A stretch of DNA of 63,850 nt, the filler included, from Candidatus Fermentibacterota bacterium (GTDB taxonomy: Bacteria; JAFGKV01), in assembly GCA_016928395.1 (NCBI GenBank). It is 7 parts of 7 records of this genome, joined end to end, with 100 filler letters (N's around TTAATTAATTAA, not from the genome) between each part and the next. Parts side by side here need not be neighbours in the genome. Positions count along the whole stretch, not along the records: positions 1 to 15,214 come from JAFGKV010000106.1; 6 more parts are not named here. One strand, given 5' to 3'. Under the pieces are notes generated by a model. That model had not been told where the DNA came from and made no database searches. It worked only from the letters and a program-made list of their open reading frames with translations. Made by a program: the position numbers and the translations under genes. Shown in pieces: positions 1 to 9,827 of the stretch. Each line of letters opens with the position of its first letter. The first letter of the stretch is position 1.

Positions 1-3000
1 GATCAGGTTCCCGGTGGTTCTGATCCCGATGCTGATGAAACCGAGGATCTGACGATTCTGTTGAGCTACAAGCGGACCCCAGCGACTGCGAATTGGACTC
101 AGATCGCCCAAATCCAGAATTCGGCCACCCAGCCCGATTCGTTCCTGTGGAACATCTCGGGGCTGGCCGAAGGAACCCAGTATGCGCTTCGGGCCATCGC
201 CAGGGATCCTTCGTCCTTCGCGGATACGGCTCTGGTGCAGCCCTTCACCATCAACCGGCCGGATACGCCGTCCGTCACCGTGATCCAGCCCAATGGCGGC
301 GAGGTCATTTTGGGGCTGTACATGGTCAAATGGCGGGCCACGGATCCCGACTCGCTCTACGGCGAGCCGAACCTCAGCCTCCGCATCGATGGGTGGTACT
401 CGCCGAATGCGGGGGCGAGTTGGCAGCCCATGGTGTGGGACAGCAATCTGAATGACGGCCAGGAGCAGTGGGATACTTCGAATCTGGATGACGGTGAGGA
501 GTACCTGGTGAGACTCCGCGTGACAGACCCCCGCGGTCTGTGGGCCGAGGACACCTCGAATGGTGTGTTCACCATCGATAACAATGATCCGCCGGATGAG
601 GTTGTGCTCATCGCGCCCAATGGGGGAGAAACCTGGTACGGCGCCCAGACAGTTCGGTGGTTTGCCAGCGATCCTGATCAGCAGGACACCTTGCGAATCA
701 AACTGAACTATCGGCGATACGACCCGGCAAATCCGCAATTCTGGAATCTTATCGCGCCCGATGCCGGGGACCTTTCCAATACCGGGCAGTACCAGTGGAG
801 CATACCGACATACCTGCAGGGCCAGTACGAAATGCAGGTGGTGGCCATTGACAAGGGGGGTCTGAGCGCTTCCGATACTTCCGACGCCCCCTTTGTCATC
901 AATTCGCCTGATCCTCCCACCGTGCAGGTTACCTCCCCCAACGGCGGCGAATTCTGGACAGGCATCCAGACCATACGATGGACCGCGACCGACCCAGATC
1001 TCCAGTTCGGCGACACGCTGGCCGTCGCCATCGAGGTATCGCCCGACAGCGGTTCGACATGGATCGCCGAAGCCCAGGGTCTGGCCAATACCGGCGCATA
1101 CCAGTGGAATACCGATCAATCCGTCTATCCCGATGGTGCCCTCTACCTGATTCGCGTCTGCGCCACCGACACGTTCGTCGGCACCACGGTGTGCGATGTA
1201 AGCGACGGGCCATTTTACGTGCTCAACGACGATAGCCCGCCATCGGTAGGGGTGCTCTATCCCAATGGCGGCGAAAGCGTGCGAAACGAGGTGCTGGTGC
1301 GGTGGCTGGCCACCGACCCTGATACCACCATAGGTGACACGCTGGCAGTCGGCATTTCCTTTAGCGCGGATAGCGGGGCCTCGTGGACTGACCTGGCCGG
1401 CGGCCTGGCCAATACCGGGTCATGGCTTTGGGACATTCGTACTCTGGATGATGGCGATCAGTATCTCGTGCGGATCTCGGCCACAGACCGGCAGCAAGTG
1501 ACCGCATACGACACCTCCGACAGTACATTCGCGGTGTTCAACGATCCTGACAACCCCAGTGTCACAGTTACTTCACCCAATGGCGGCGAGCGATGGTTGG
1601 GGGTGCAGGAAGTGCTCTGGGACGCCGATGACCCCGATCTCTTCGTGGGAGACACTCTGTCTGCCACGATTTGGGTGGATTCGAGCGCCACGTCCGGCTT
1701 CCAACCCTTGCTTCTGGCCCAGGGCATACCGGGGCTTCCCGGCCGCTACGTGTGGGATACGGCCGCGTGGGGGCTTCCCGACGGCGATTGGTACCGGATC
1801 CGGGTGCGCGTCACCGACACCGATTCCCTCTCCTCCACCGACGATTCCGACGAGCCGTTTCTGCTGTTCAACAACAATGATCCGCCTACCATCTCCATTC
1901 TCCAGCCCCAGGAAGGCGACATCTGGAAAGGCGAGCAGACCATCCGGTGGTCTGCCACGGATCCCGATTTGATATGGGGGGATACCCTGGCCGTTTCGCT
2001 CTACGTCAGAGGCTCTTCTGTGCAGAGCTGGACACCCGTGGCCTTGGGCCTTGCCAATACGGGATCGCGCCTGTGGGATACCGGAAGCGTGCCTGATGGG
2101 CTCACCTACCAGATCAGGGCAGTGGCTCGGGATTCGTCGTGGCTTGAAGCCGCTGACATCTCGGGAGTTTTCGCGGTGGAGAACGTGAACGAGCCGCCGG
2201 CGCCTTTTGATCTGGTGTCGCCGGTCGAGGGTGCCACCGTGACGGTGTTCAAGCCGATGTTGCTCTGGCGAAGGGCTCTCGATATCGATGCCGGCGACCG
2301 GGTATCGTACGAGGTCGTCTACTGGCCCGACGGCGGCACTCCGATTCGATTGAGTGCCGGTCTTGACACAACCCTCACCGACCTGGGCTGGCCACAGCCC
2401 CTGATGGATGACACCAAGTATCACTGGTATGTCGAGGCCACTGACAGTCTCGGCCCCGCGACAACCCGCAGCCGCCAGACCTGGTGGTTTGTCACGAATG
2501 TTGACGGCAATGATACTCCTCAGCCGTTCAACCTTCTGGCGCCGCCCGATGGGGCATTAGTTCACCCGGATTCGGTGGTATTCCGGTGGACTGCGTCCTA
2601 CGACGAGGACGTGCTCGACTCTCTGCGCTATGAGCTGGCCGTGGATACCTTGCCCAGCCTGGCCACCGCCGAGCGGATCGACGCAGGGGGGGCGCTTTCC
2701 TGGCATATTCATCCCCTTCAGGACAATGCAACCCACTTCTGGGCGGTGCGCGCCTATGACCTGCATGGCGCAGAGCGTTGGAGCGACGAGACATGGCGGT
2801 TCACCACTGACCGCGGCAATGACGGGCCGATGCCCTTCAGCCTGAGGTTCCCTCCTTCAGGCACGGTGCTATCTACTGCTGAGAGGGACACATTGAGACT
2901 ACGGTGGTTCGCATCCAGCGACCCAGATCCGCTGGATACCATTACCTACGCCGTTGTCGTCCTGGACAGCGTGCATCCGGCGGATCCGGATTGGGCCGGA

Positions 3001-3804
3001 CAGACGACGGTACTTGATGCGAGCAGCGGCACAGCCCTGCATCTCAGGGCCGCCCTGGACACAGCAGGTATCGGTTTTCACGATAACCGCATCTATCGAT
3101 GGAGCGTTATCGCCACAGACAGCCGCGGCGTATCCACGGTATCCACGGAGACCTGGTGGTGTGCCACCAACGATGCCAATGAGCCGCCCCTTCTGTTCGA
3201 TCTGCTGTCTCCCTGTGACGGGTGTACCCTGAGTTCGGCCACTCCCCAGTTCTCTTGGCAGGCAGCCCTGGATCCCGATCCTCTGGATGCCCTTACCTAT
3301 CTTCTTGAGTACGATGTCGATCCTTCCTTCCCCACGCTGGTCGCGCATTCGGGCCTCGGCTCGACGTCCTGGGAGCCGTCCGAGCCGTTCCGTGACCGCG
3401 GCACGGTGTACTGGCGGGTCTGGGCAGTGGATGCAGGCGGCTTGCGGACTCGGTGTCGCGAGGAGTGGGAGTTCGTGATTCTTCCCCAGGCGATGATGGA
3501 GGGGTTGATCAACTACCCGAACCCATTCGCCGCTGGCCGGGAGATCACCCGTGTCCAGTACATTCTCCGGTCAGATGCGCGGGTCGAGATCAAGGTCTAT
3601 GACCTGCTGGGCGACCCGGTATGGCGGTGGTCGTGCGGGGTCGGTGAGGCGGGGGGCCGCACGGGCACTAATGTCGTCACGTGGGACGGACGCACCGAGG
3701 CTGGTACCGTGGTGGCCAATGGCGGATATCTTTGCGTGGTCAAGGCGTTTCCCCCGGGAGGGCACAGCGCCGAGGGGATGCGCAAGATCGCCGTCATGAA
3801 GTGA
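1..3804 (+). CDS. Large secreted/surface protein with tandem Ig-like/Fn3-like repeats and a C-terminal FlgD-Ig/T9SS-CTD-like domain (5' truncated by window edge)
   Basis: Frame is open from base 1. About six ~110-aa repeats (PxVxVxxPNGGExWxG..RWxAxDPD..GLANTG..WD), then four PxPFxLxxP Fn3-like units, ending in NYPNPF...IKVYDLLG...WDGR...NGGY...KIAVMK. Confidence 0.8.
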   Translation, partial: DQVPGGSDPDADETEDLTILLSYKRTPATANWTQIAQIQNSATQPDSFLWNISGLAEGTQYALRAIARDPSSFADTALVQPFTINRPDTPSVTVIQPNGGEVILGLYMVKWRATDPDSLYGEPNLSLRIDGWYSPNAGASWQPMVWDSNLNDGQEQWDTSNLDDGEEYLVRLRVTDPRGLWAEDTSNGVFTIDNNDPPDEVVLIAPNGGETWYGAQTVRWFASDPDQQDTLRIKLNYRRYDPANPQFWNLIAPDAGDLSNTGQYQWSIPTYLQGQYEMQVVAIDKGGLSASDTSDAPFVINSPDPPTVQVTSPNGGEFWTGIQTIRWTATDPDLQFGDTLAVAIEVSPDSGSTWIAEAQGLANTGAYQWNTDQSVYPDGALYLIRVCATDTFVGTTVCDVSDGPFYVLNDDSPPSVGVLYPNGGESVRNEVLVRWLATDPDTTIGDTLAVGISFSADSGASWTDLAGGLANTGSWLWDIRTLDDGDQYLVRISATDRQQVTAYDTSDSTFAVFNDPDNPSVTVTSPNGGERWLGVQEVLWDADDPDLFVGDTLSATIWVDSSATSGFQPLLLAQGIPGLPGRYVWDTAAWGLPDGDWYRIRVRVTDTDSLSSTDDSDEPFLLFNNNDPPTISILQPQEGDIWKGEQTIRWSATDPDLIWGDTLAVSLYVRGSSVQSWTPVALGLANTGSRLWDTGSVPDGLTYQIRAVARDSSWLEAADISGVFAVENVNEPPAPFDLVSPVEGATVTVFKPMLLWRRALDIDAGDRVSYEVVYWPDGGTPIRLSAGLDTTLTDLGWPQPLMDDTKYHWYVEATDSLGPATTRSRQTWWFVTNVDGNDTPQPFNLLAPPDGALVHPDSVVFRWTASYDEDVLDSLRYELAVDTLPSLATAERIDAGGALSWHIHPLQDNATHFWAVRAYDLHGAERWSDETWRFTTDRGNDGPMPFSLRFPPSGTVLSTAERDTLRLRWFASSDPDPLDTITYAVVVLDSVHPADPDWAGQTTVLDASSGTALHLRAALDTAGIGFHDNRIYRWSVIATDSRGVSTVSTETWWCATNDANEPPLLFDLLSPCDGCTLSSATPQFSWQAALDPDPLDALTYLLEYDVDPSFPTLVAHSGLGSTSWEPSEPFRDRGTVYWRVWAVDAGGLRTRCREEWEFVILPQAMMEGLINYPNPFAAGREITRVQYILRSDARVEIKVYDLLGDPVWRWSCGVGEAGGRTGTNVVTWDGRTEAGTVVANGGYLCVVKAFPPGGHSAEGMRKIAVMK

Positions 3805-3835
3805 CGGCCTTTCCAACGAGCGCGGAGGTTTGTAC

Positions 3836-4735
3836 ATGAGATGGACTGTGTTCGTGGCCATTGCTTTGGCCTTGCCGTGCATGGCAGCCGAATGGTGGGA
3901 GGAGGAGCTGCAAGCTCAGGAGGCTGTGGAGGAGGGCACTCCCGTGCAGGCTTGTGCAGGCAAGGTATTGTGGACTCAGGGCTTTATCGAGGTCGTGGGA
4001 GAAGCGGCCTGCGACATGGATGAGGCGCTGAGCGAGGGCCACTGCTACGTGATGGCGCGGCGCGCGGCCATCGTACTGGCCCAGGAGAAGCTGTCGGAGA
4101 CGGTGAACGGCATCGTCGTTGACGGCGAGACCCTCCTGCGCAATGAGCTGCTGAGCTCCAGTACGCTTCGCACCACGATGCGAGGCCTGGTGAAGGGCGC
4201 TCAGGTGGTTCACGAGGACAGGGTGACCCTGCCCGACGGCTCCATTCTGGCGCGGGTGTGGATGCAGCTTCCCCTGCGGGGAGAGGGCGGTCTTGCGGCC
4301 CCCATCCTCGAACATGCCGCCCAACTGTCGGCCCAGCGGCCGGTCCCTGCATTCTCGTTCGACAAGGCGCCGCCTGCTGAGCCCTTCACGGGGATCATTG
4401 TAAACGCCTCAGGTCTTCAGGCGGTGCCCGCCATGGCGCCACGGCTGCTGGTGCTGAAGGAGTTGACCGCTGCCCTGAGTGTTGAACACGTGGAGCTTGC
4501 CACGGCGCAGGAGATAGGCCTCGTGGAGTATGCGGGCTCAGTGGACGATGCCAGGGCGCTTGGCGCCCGCATCGGTTCAAATCCCTTGGTGCTGAAAGCC
4601 GAATCGAGCCACGGCGCCACCAAGTCCGACCTGGTCATCTCCGCGCAGGAGGGCACGCGGTTGGCCGCGGGTGACCCCGAGGGGACTCTGGTCAGGGCCT
4701 GCAAGGTCGTCTTCGCGGGGCATCAGTTCATCTGA
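3836..4735 (+). CDS. Secreted LPP20-family-like protein
   Basis: GGAGG RBS at 3824-3828 and a signal peptide. Motifs ARRAAIVLAQEKLSETVNGIVVDGET, RGLVKGAQVV and FTGIIVNASGL..PAMAPR resemble LPP20-type proteins. Confidence 0.55.
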   Translation: MRWTVFVAIALALPCMAAEWWEEELQAQEAVEEGTPVQACAGKVLWTQGFIEVVGEAACDMDEALSEGHCYVMARRAAIVLAQEKLSETVNGIVVDGETLLRNELLSSSTLRTTMRGLVKGAQVVHEDRVTLPDGSILARVWMQLPLRGEGGLAAPILEHAAQLSAQRPVPAFSFDKAPPAEPFTGIIVNASGLQAVPAMAPRLLVLKELTAALSVEHVELATAQEIGLVEYAGSVDDARALGARIGSNPLVLKAESSHGATKSDLVISAQEGTRLAAGDPEGTLVRACKVVFAGHQFI

Positions 4736-6297
4736 TGCGACACGGCATGGCGTGGTGTCGGTGGGGCGTCATCCTCGCCTGCATGATTGCCACGGCAGGC
4801 GCCCGGGATCCCACCGCGGTGGATCGAGAGGCGACTGAGCTGCTGGACGACGGGCGGTTTCTGGAAGCGATGGCAGCCTTCGACGAGTTGACTGCCGAGG
4901 CACACCCAGCGCCTTGGCGGGCAAAGGGATACGCACGAATGGGGGGTATCATGGCGCTCTTCCTCGGCCAAAACGCCGATGCCGAGCGGGCGCTGCAGAA
5001 GGCGATCGGGCTGGATCCGAAGGGACCCATCGGCGCCGACGCTCACTTCCAGCTCGCAATGATTCTCCACGAGCAGGAACGGTATCGTGAGGCCGCAGAC
5101 CAGTTCGAGGCCTTCCTTGCCATCGATGCAGGCAGTATGAACGGCCCGACGGCTGAGTTTCTCCTGGGTCAGTGCCGGCGTCTGGCGAATGTTGCGGTTT
5201 CCGTGAGTGAGCCCGCTCTCGTCCCAACCGATGTGTTTCACCTTCGTGATGGCACAATCCGGGTCGCGGTGGTCAGGAATGCCGATCAGGTAATCCTCGG
5301 GTGCACGGGCCCTTGGGCTGCGACGGTATCCCGTCGCGACATTCGAGACCTACACCCGGGCCCACTCACGTTGAATGCCAAGGACACGGAGGTTATCGGC
5401 CTGCGGGAGCCTGTCTCCACGAGCCCGGTGTTCTCACCCACAGGGGCGGATATGGTCACGGTCAATGGGGTCCGGTTCTCGGGAGTTCTGCGGGTCCTGG
5501 CGGCCAAGGGCAAGCTCACCGTGGTGAATATCGTTGACATGGAGGACTACCTCCGGGGGGTCGTGCCGCGGGAAATGCCCGCATCGTGGCCGGCCAAAGC
5601 CCTGGAGGCGCAGGCAGTCTGTGCCCGCACCTATGCAGTGTACCATAAGGTGCGCCGGCGCGATCACGATTTTGACCTCCTGGCCACGGTCGCATCCCAA
5701 GTCTATGGCGGGGTTGACGGTCAGGACGCCCGCTCCGACAGCGCGGTGACGCGAACCCGGGGCCGGATTCTTCTCTACGAGGGAGAACCCGCCCTGACTC
5801 TGTTTCATTCCTCCAGCGGAGGGCACACCGAGGACATGGAGAAGGTCTGGGGTTCTGGTGTGCCCTACCTTGTGGCGCAGGAGGATCGTCACAGTCCTGC
5901 CAGCGCGTGGAAACTGTCGTTGAGCAAAGACGACATTGCCCGGGCCCTTTCCTCGTGCGGCGAAGATATCAAAGGGCTTCGCACCGTTGAGTTTGTGGAC
6001 AAGGATGCCTCGGGGAGGTATCAGAGGGTCAAGATCGTCCGAACCGACGGCGCCGTATTCCTGAAGAGCGATCGATTCCGTGGCTGCGTCGGTGCGGGCG
6101 CCATGAAGAGCACGCGGCTTGGGATGACGACGAAGGGTGATACCTTCGTGCTGGAAGGCACGGGATTCGGCCATGGGGTCGGCCTGTCCCAGTGGGGCGC
6201 CCGAGACATGGCCGCCCACGGCATCGATGCTTCCGCCATCCTGGCGTTCTACTATCCCGGCAGCGTGCTGGGGCGTCTCGAAATCGCCGGCGGATGA
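4735..6297 (+). CDS. TPR + SpoIID/LytB domain protein (lytic transglycosylase-like)
   Basis: Signal peptide, N-terminal TPR-like helices, SpoIID motifs EDYLRGVVPREMPASWP..ALEAQAVCARTYA, SQVYGG, FHSSSGGHTE and GFGHGVGLSQWGA..FYYPG. Confidence 0.9.
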   Translation: MRHGMAWCRWGVILACMIATAGARDPTAVDREATELLDDGRFLEAMAAFDELTAEAHPAPWRAKGYARMGGIMALFLGQNADAERALQKAIGLDPKGPIGADAHFQLAMILHEQERYREAADQFEAFLAIDAGSMNGPTAEFLLGQCRRLANVAVSVSEPALVPTDVFHLRDGTIRVAVVRNADQVILGCTGPWAATVSRRDIRDLHPGPLTLNAKDTEVIGLREPVSTSPVFSPTGADMVTVNGVRFSGVLRVLAAKGKLTVVNIVDMEDYLRGVVPREMPASWPAKALEAQAVCARTYAVYHKVRRRDHDFDLLATVASQVYGGVDGQDARSDSAVTRTRGRILLYEGEPALTLFHSSSGGHTEDMEKVWGSGVPYLVAQEDRHSPASAWKLSLSKDDIARALSSCGEDIKGLRTVEFVDKDASGRYQRVKIVRTDGAVFLKSDRFRGCVGAGAMKSTRLGMTTKGDTFVLEGTGFGHGVGLSQWGARDMAAHGIDASAILAFYYPGSVLGRLEIAGG

Positions 6298-6300
6298 TCC

Positions 6301-6717
6301 ATGATTCCGGCTGAGGTTCACACCGTTCTCCTCGTTGGCGTGTGTCTCCTCACGGCGATGGCCGTCGGTCCAGTGTCCTCCCGTGCCGCACGGGCGGCTG
6401 GGGTGGGCATCTGGGTTATCATCGCCGTCATGGCCGTGGCGGTGGGAGGCGTAGCTGGCGTTCCCGTGACAGTGGTGTGCGCCGCAGTGATCGAACGCCT
6501 CGCGCGATCCCGCGCCATCACGACGCCATCTCCCGTCGGTTTTATCGGCGCTATGCTCATCGCGGCCCTGGCTGTCATGGTGGGAGTTCACGCCCTGAAT
6601 CTGCCGTTTCCCCGCGTGCCGCACGTATCGGTCGCGCCATCCCATGGGCCGTGTACCGCAATGGCGATCTCTTCCATTGGTGTGCTGGTAGCCCGGGCGG
6701 TGACGGGTCGCGGATAA
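6301..6717 (+). CDS. Small integral membrane protein (possibly a degenerate NuoJ-like subunit)
   Basis: 138 aa, mostly hydrophobic; its stop overlaps the next start (TAATG). Family guess rests only on size and position. Confidence 0.5.
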   Translation: MIPAEVHTVLLVGVCLLTAMAVGPVSSRAARAAGVGIWVIIAVMAVAVGGVAGVPVTVVCAAVIERLARSRAITTPSPVGFIGAMLIAALAVMVGVHALNLPFPRVPHVSVAPSHGPCTAMAISSIGVLVARAVTGRG

Positions 6718-7007
6718 TGTGCGCCATCGTTGCCTGCCGGGCTGTTGTGATTGTTGCCGGATTGGCAGTTGGTGCAGGTATACGGGCCCGGACACTGTGG
6801 GAGCTTGACAGGCCGGTTCTTCTCCTCGGCTGTGCCAGCGTCGTAGGCTCGATTTCTGCAGCATCCATTGAAGGTGGATGGGGATTGCCTCTGGTGGCCA
6901 CTCTGGGTGTGTTGGGGTATGTGCTCACGCTGGGAGTTCCCGGTGCCGAGCCGCCGGATGAATCCTCAAAGCCTTTCGGCTCACCCTTGGAGGATGAGGG
7001 CACGTGA
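6717..7007 (+). CDS. Small membrane protein (possibly degenerate NuoK/MrpC-like)
   Basis: ATG at 6717 overlaps the upstream TAA; 96 aa with about three hydrophobic segments; stop overlaps the next GTG. Confidence 0.5.
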   Translation: MCAIVACRAVVIVAGLAVGAGIRARTLWELDRPVLLLGCASVVGSISAASIEGGWGLPLVATLGVLGYVLTLGVPGAEPPDESSKPFGSPLEDEGT

Positions 7008-8614
7008 TCCCGGCGTTGCTACTGGCAGTGCTGGTCGTGGCGGCCCTACGCCCACGATGGGCGCATCCCGCCCTTCTGATTGCCGCTGCGCTCGTCGCTG
7101 CCATGCAGGTGCACCTGCTAGTGTCGCCGGAGGCGCTGTGGACGGGTGGTCTGGGCATTCTGCGCGGAACCCGCCGGGGCTTCGAAACTGCTTTTGGCGA
7201 TGGTGCAATCGGGAGTTGGGATTCCTTGGGCCTGCTCATGGCCCTGTGGATTCTTCTGGTCACCGCCCGAGCGGCGAGTTCGTCTCTCATGCCGGTCTTG
7301 GGAGTCACGGGGTTCATTGGGCTGGTCACGCTCAACGGCATCGGCCTTCTGGCGGCCGCGTGGTCCCTGGTGGTCATGGCATGCACCTTGAGCGGAACTC
7401 CATTGCGCTGGAGGTGGTCGGCGGCAGCAGCGTCCGTGTTGTTGGCTGGCGTCGGTATGGCTGCACTGGCCGTTGCGGGCTTCCCCACCATGCTGCACGC
7501 CCCCGAGGGCTTCGGAGGAGCGCTTGACGGGGATGGAATCGGTCTGATTCGGCACATGCTCACCGGCCGATTGTCCGGCTGGCAGGGCAACCTAGTGGTA
7601 GCGCTCCCCCTGCTGCTTTTGCTATCGGCCGTCTGCGTGGCGGCAGGGATGTCACGGGATCTCGCTGTGGTTGGCGCGGCGGCTGGACCGATGCTGCTCT
7701 TGAAGCTGTATCCACTCATGGAGTTGGCCTTGAGGGAAGGCCCCTTGGCCTCAGTGGCGCTGCAGGCTTCGGGTGCCGCGTTGGTTGCGTGGGCCGGTTT
7801 TGGCCGTGTATCCCGACCCGCCAGACAAGGGTTCGTCTGTGTTGGAGGCGCTGCCGCGCTGCTTGGTGCCCGTCTTCCCGTGGAGGGCGTGGCCTGGGCA
7901 ATGGCGTGGTCATGCGTGGCTGCTCCTGGTGGGCGCGCCCTGTTGGGTCCCCTGGTGCCTGCCGTTGCCATCTCCGGCTGTGCACTGGCGAACTACGCGG
8001 CAGGGGATGCCGGCGCATTCAGGTTCACTGTGTGCCTCATCATGGCCGTGGGCGTCGTTGTGGCCGCCGGGACGCCCGCGCGGCGCTCGCGTTGGTTGAC
8101 GGGCTTCGTGGCCTGCGTCGCATTGGCTCTGGTCATGATCCCGCCTGTGGCATCGCCCTTCTGGCAGTGGTGGACGGGGAAGCTCCGCCCGATTGTCCCG
8201 GGAAGCTTGGCGCCGTGGATGGTAGTCGCCGCCGGGTATGGCGCCGGCTTCATCATGCGACGGGCGGCGAAGGATATGCTGGATCGCATTCAGACACGCC
8301 TCATGGGCATACGCGCGAGGCTGGCATACCACATCACCGCGTGGACCACGCCAGTTGTGGACACCGTGGCGGTGCTCTGGGTGGCGGCGGAACGATTTGG
8401 TTGGCAGGGTTTGACTCTGTGGCTACCGCGTCGCGCGGCAGGGTTCGGCGCCATCGCGGTTGCATGGTTTCATCTGGTGGTTGTGCCCGGTGTGGGTCGA
8501 ATCCCGCTGCACGGTGTAGCATTGATCGCGTGGTGTGCCGCTCAAGTGACGAGAACTCCCGGGGCGGTGGTCCTCGTGATTGCAGCCGTGCTCGGTCTGG
8601 CGTGGATATTCTGA
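7004..8614 (+). CDS. Polytopic membrane protein, degenerate NuoL/MrpA-like antiporter subunit
   Basis: 536 aa with many TM segments. DSLGLLMALWILLVT resembles NuoL DxLSxxMxxxV. C-terminal amphipathic stretch plus final TM resembles the NuoL lateral helix. Canonical GKSAQ/DAMxGPTP motifs absent. Confidence 0.5.
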   Translation: MIPALLLAVLVVAALRPRWAHPALLIAAALVAAMQVHLLVSPEALWTGGLGILRGTRRGFETAFGDGAIGSWDSLGLLMALWILLVTARAASSSLMPVLGVTGFIGLVTLNGIGLLAAAWSLVVMACTLSGTPLRWRWSAAAASVLLAGVGMAALAVAGFPTMLHAPEGFGGALDGDGIGLIRHMLTGRLSGWQGNLVVALPLLLLLSAVCVAAGMSRDLAVVGAAAGPMLLLKLYPLMELALREGPLASVALQASGAALVAWAGFGRVSRPARQGFVCVGGAAALLGARLPVEGVAWAMAWSCVAAPGGRALLGPLVPAVAISGCALANYAAGDAGAFRFTVCLIMAVGVVVAAGTPARRSRWLTGFVACVALALVMIPPVASPFWQWWTGKLRPIVPGSLAPWMVVAAGYGAGFIMRRAAKDMLDRIQTRLMGIRARLAYHITAWTTPVVDTVAVLWVAAERFGWQGLTLWLPRRAAGFGAIAVAWFHLVVVPGVGRIPLHGVALIAWCAAQVTRTPGAVVLVIAAVLGLAWIF

Positions 8615-8618
8615 AGAG

Positions 8619-9827
8619 ATGTACCGCCTTGTAGCCTCTCTGTTTGGCCTCGCCTGGATTCTTCTACTCATCCCTGGAGGGGAGACGGCCTTGGCTGCCA
8701 TGGCGTTGTCAACCGCGGGTTTGTGTCTTCTCTTCTATGGTGCCCAACGTCATGCTCATGGCCTCCTACTGGCGACGACGGCTGTATCATCCATCGGTGT
8801 GGCATTCTCGCATCACGCGGGCGTTTTACTGCTGGCGTGGGTTGTTTCCGGTGGATCGTTGACCTACGTGGTCCGCCGGGAGGGCGGCGAAACCTCCGGC
8901 AAGCCGGGGAGGGTGTTGGAACTGCAGCAGCACATATCGTCGGTTCTTCTCCTGCTGGCGCTTGCCGGCATCGTTGTCGTCGGGCAGAGTTGGGATCTTG
9001 CCGCGTCACCACCCGTTCACCGCCTTTGGGATCGAATCATGTGGCTTCTGGCTGGTGCGGGGGTGCAGAAGAGTGCCAGGATCTGGGATGCAGTGCTGAC
9101 GACTCTGGTTGCCTCTGCCGCCGTGTTTCGATTGGGGGTGTTTCCTTTTCCCTTCTCGTTGCGGCGGAGTGCGCGGCGACTGCATGGCATCCCACTCCTG
9201 ATCCTTCTGGCGGTATTTCTGCCGACCAGTATGTGCGCTGTGGCGAGGCTGTCCTTCGGCGCCGAGACGTACGGCGCGATTTCCCTGGGCAGTGTGGCCA
9301 CGATACTAGGGGCCATTGCGTTGGTCACCGGCGCGCTGTTGCTTCAGGCGGAATGGCTGGGCGAATCCATTATTGGCCTCGTGGCACAGTGCTATGTGGG
9401 TCTTGCGCTGTTGGGCATTGGCTCTGGCGAGAGTATGCGCACGACCATGGTGGTCATCCAGGCAAGCATTGCCTGTGGTGTCGGCGGGTTGTGGACGATG
9501 CGACTGCGATCCCTGGCGCAGACGTCGGATCTGGCGAAGGCTTCGGGAGGGTATGCGCGTCATCGCGAGCTCCAGCTATGGCACGGGGTCTTCGTGATGG
9601 CTGCCTGCCCCTGGCCAGGTACTCCCGGAGGGCTCATCTGGATGTGTGTACTGGGGCGTTCCATCGCAGCCGGGACCGGATTTGGGCTGGTGGTGTTGTT
9701 AGGGATAACGTTACTATATTGTGGCCTGTTTCGATCTATCGGCAAAGTGAGTGTCCGGCTTGGTCTCGTCGGCGCGACACCAGCCCCCTCACCTCAGCGC
9801 ATGGAGCCACAGGTTGAGCGTACTTGA
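8619..9827 (+). CDS. Proton-conducting membrane transporter family protein, degenerate NuoM/NuoN/MrpD-like
   Basis: AVFRLGVFPFPFSL resembles KxxxFPFHxWLP; QTSDLAKASGGYARH...MAACPWPGTPGG resembles TxDxxxxGGLxxxxP...SxxGLPxxxGF. Confidence 0.65.
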   Translation: MYRLVASLFGLAWILLLIPGGETALAAMALSTAGLCLLFYGAQRHAHGLLLATTAVSSIGVAFSHHAGVLLLAWVVSGGSLTYVVRREGGETSGKPGRVLELQQHISSVLLLLALAGIVVVGQSWDLAASPPVHRLWDRIMWLLAGAGVQKSARIWDAVLTTLVASAAVFRLGVFPFPFSLRRSARRLHGIPLLILLAVFLPTSMCAVARLSFGAETYGAISLGSVATILGAIALVTGALLLQAEWLGESIIGLVAQCYVGLALLGIGSGESMRTTMVVIQASIACGVGGLWTMRLRSLAQTSDLAKASGGYARHRELQLWHGVFVMAACPWPGTPGGLIWMCVLGRSIAAGTGFGLVVLLGITLLYCGLFRSIGKVSVRLGLVGATPAPSPQRMEPQVERT

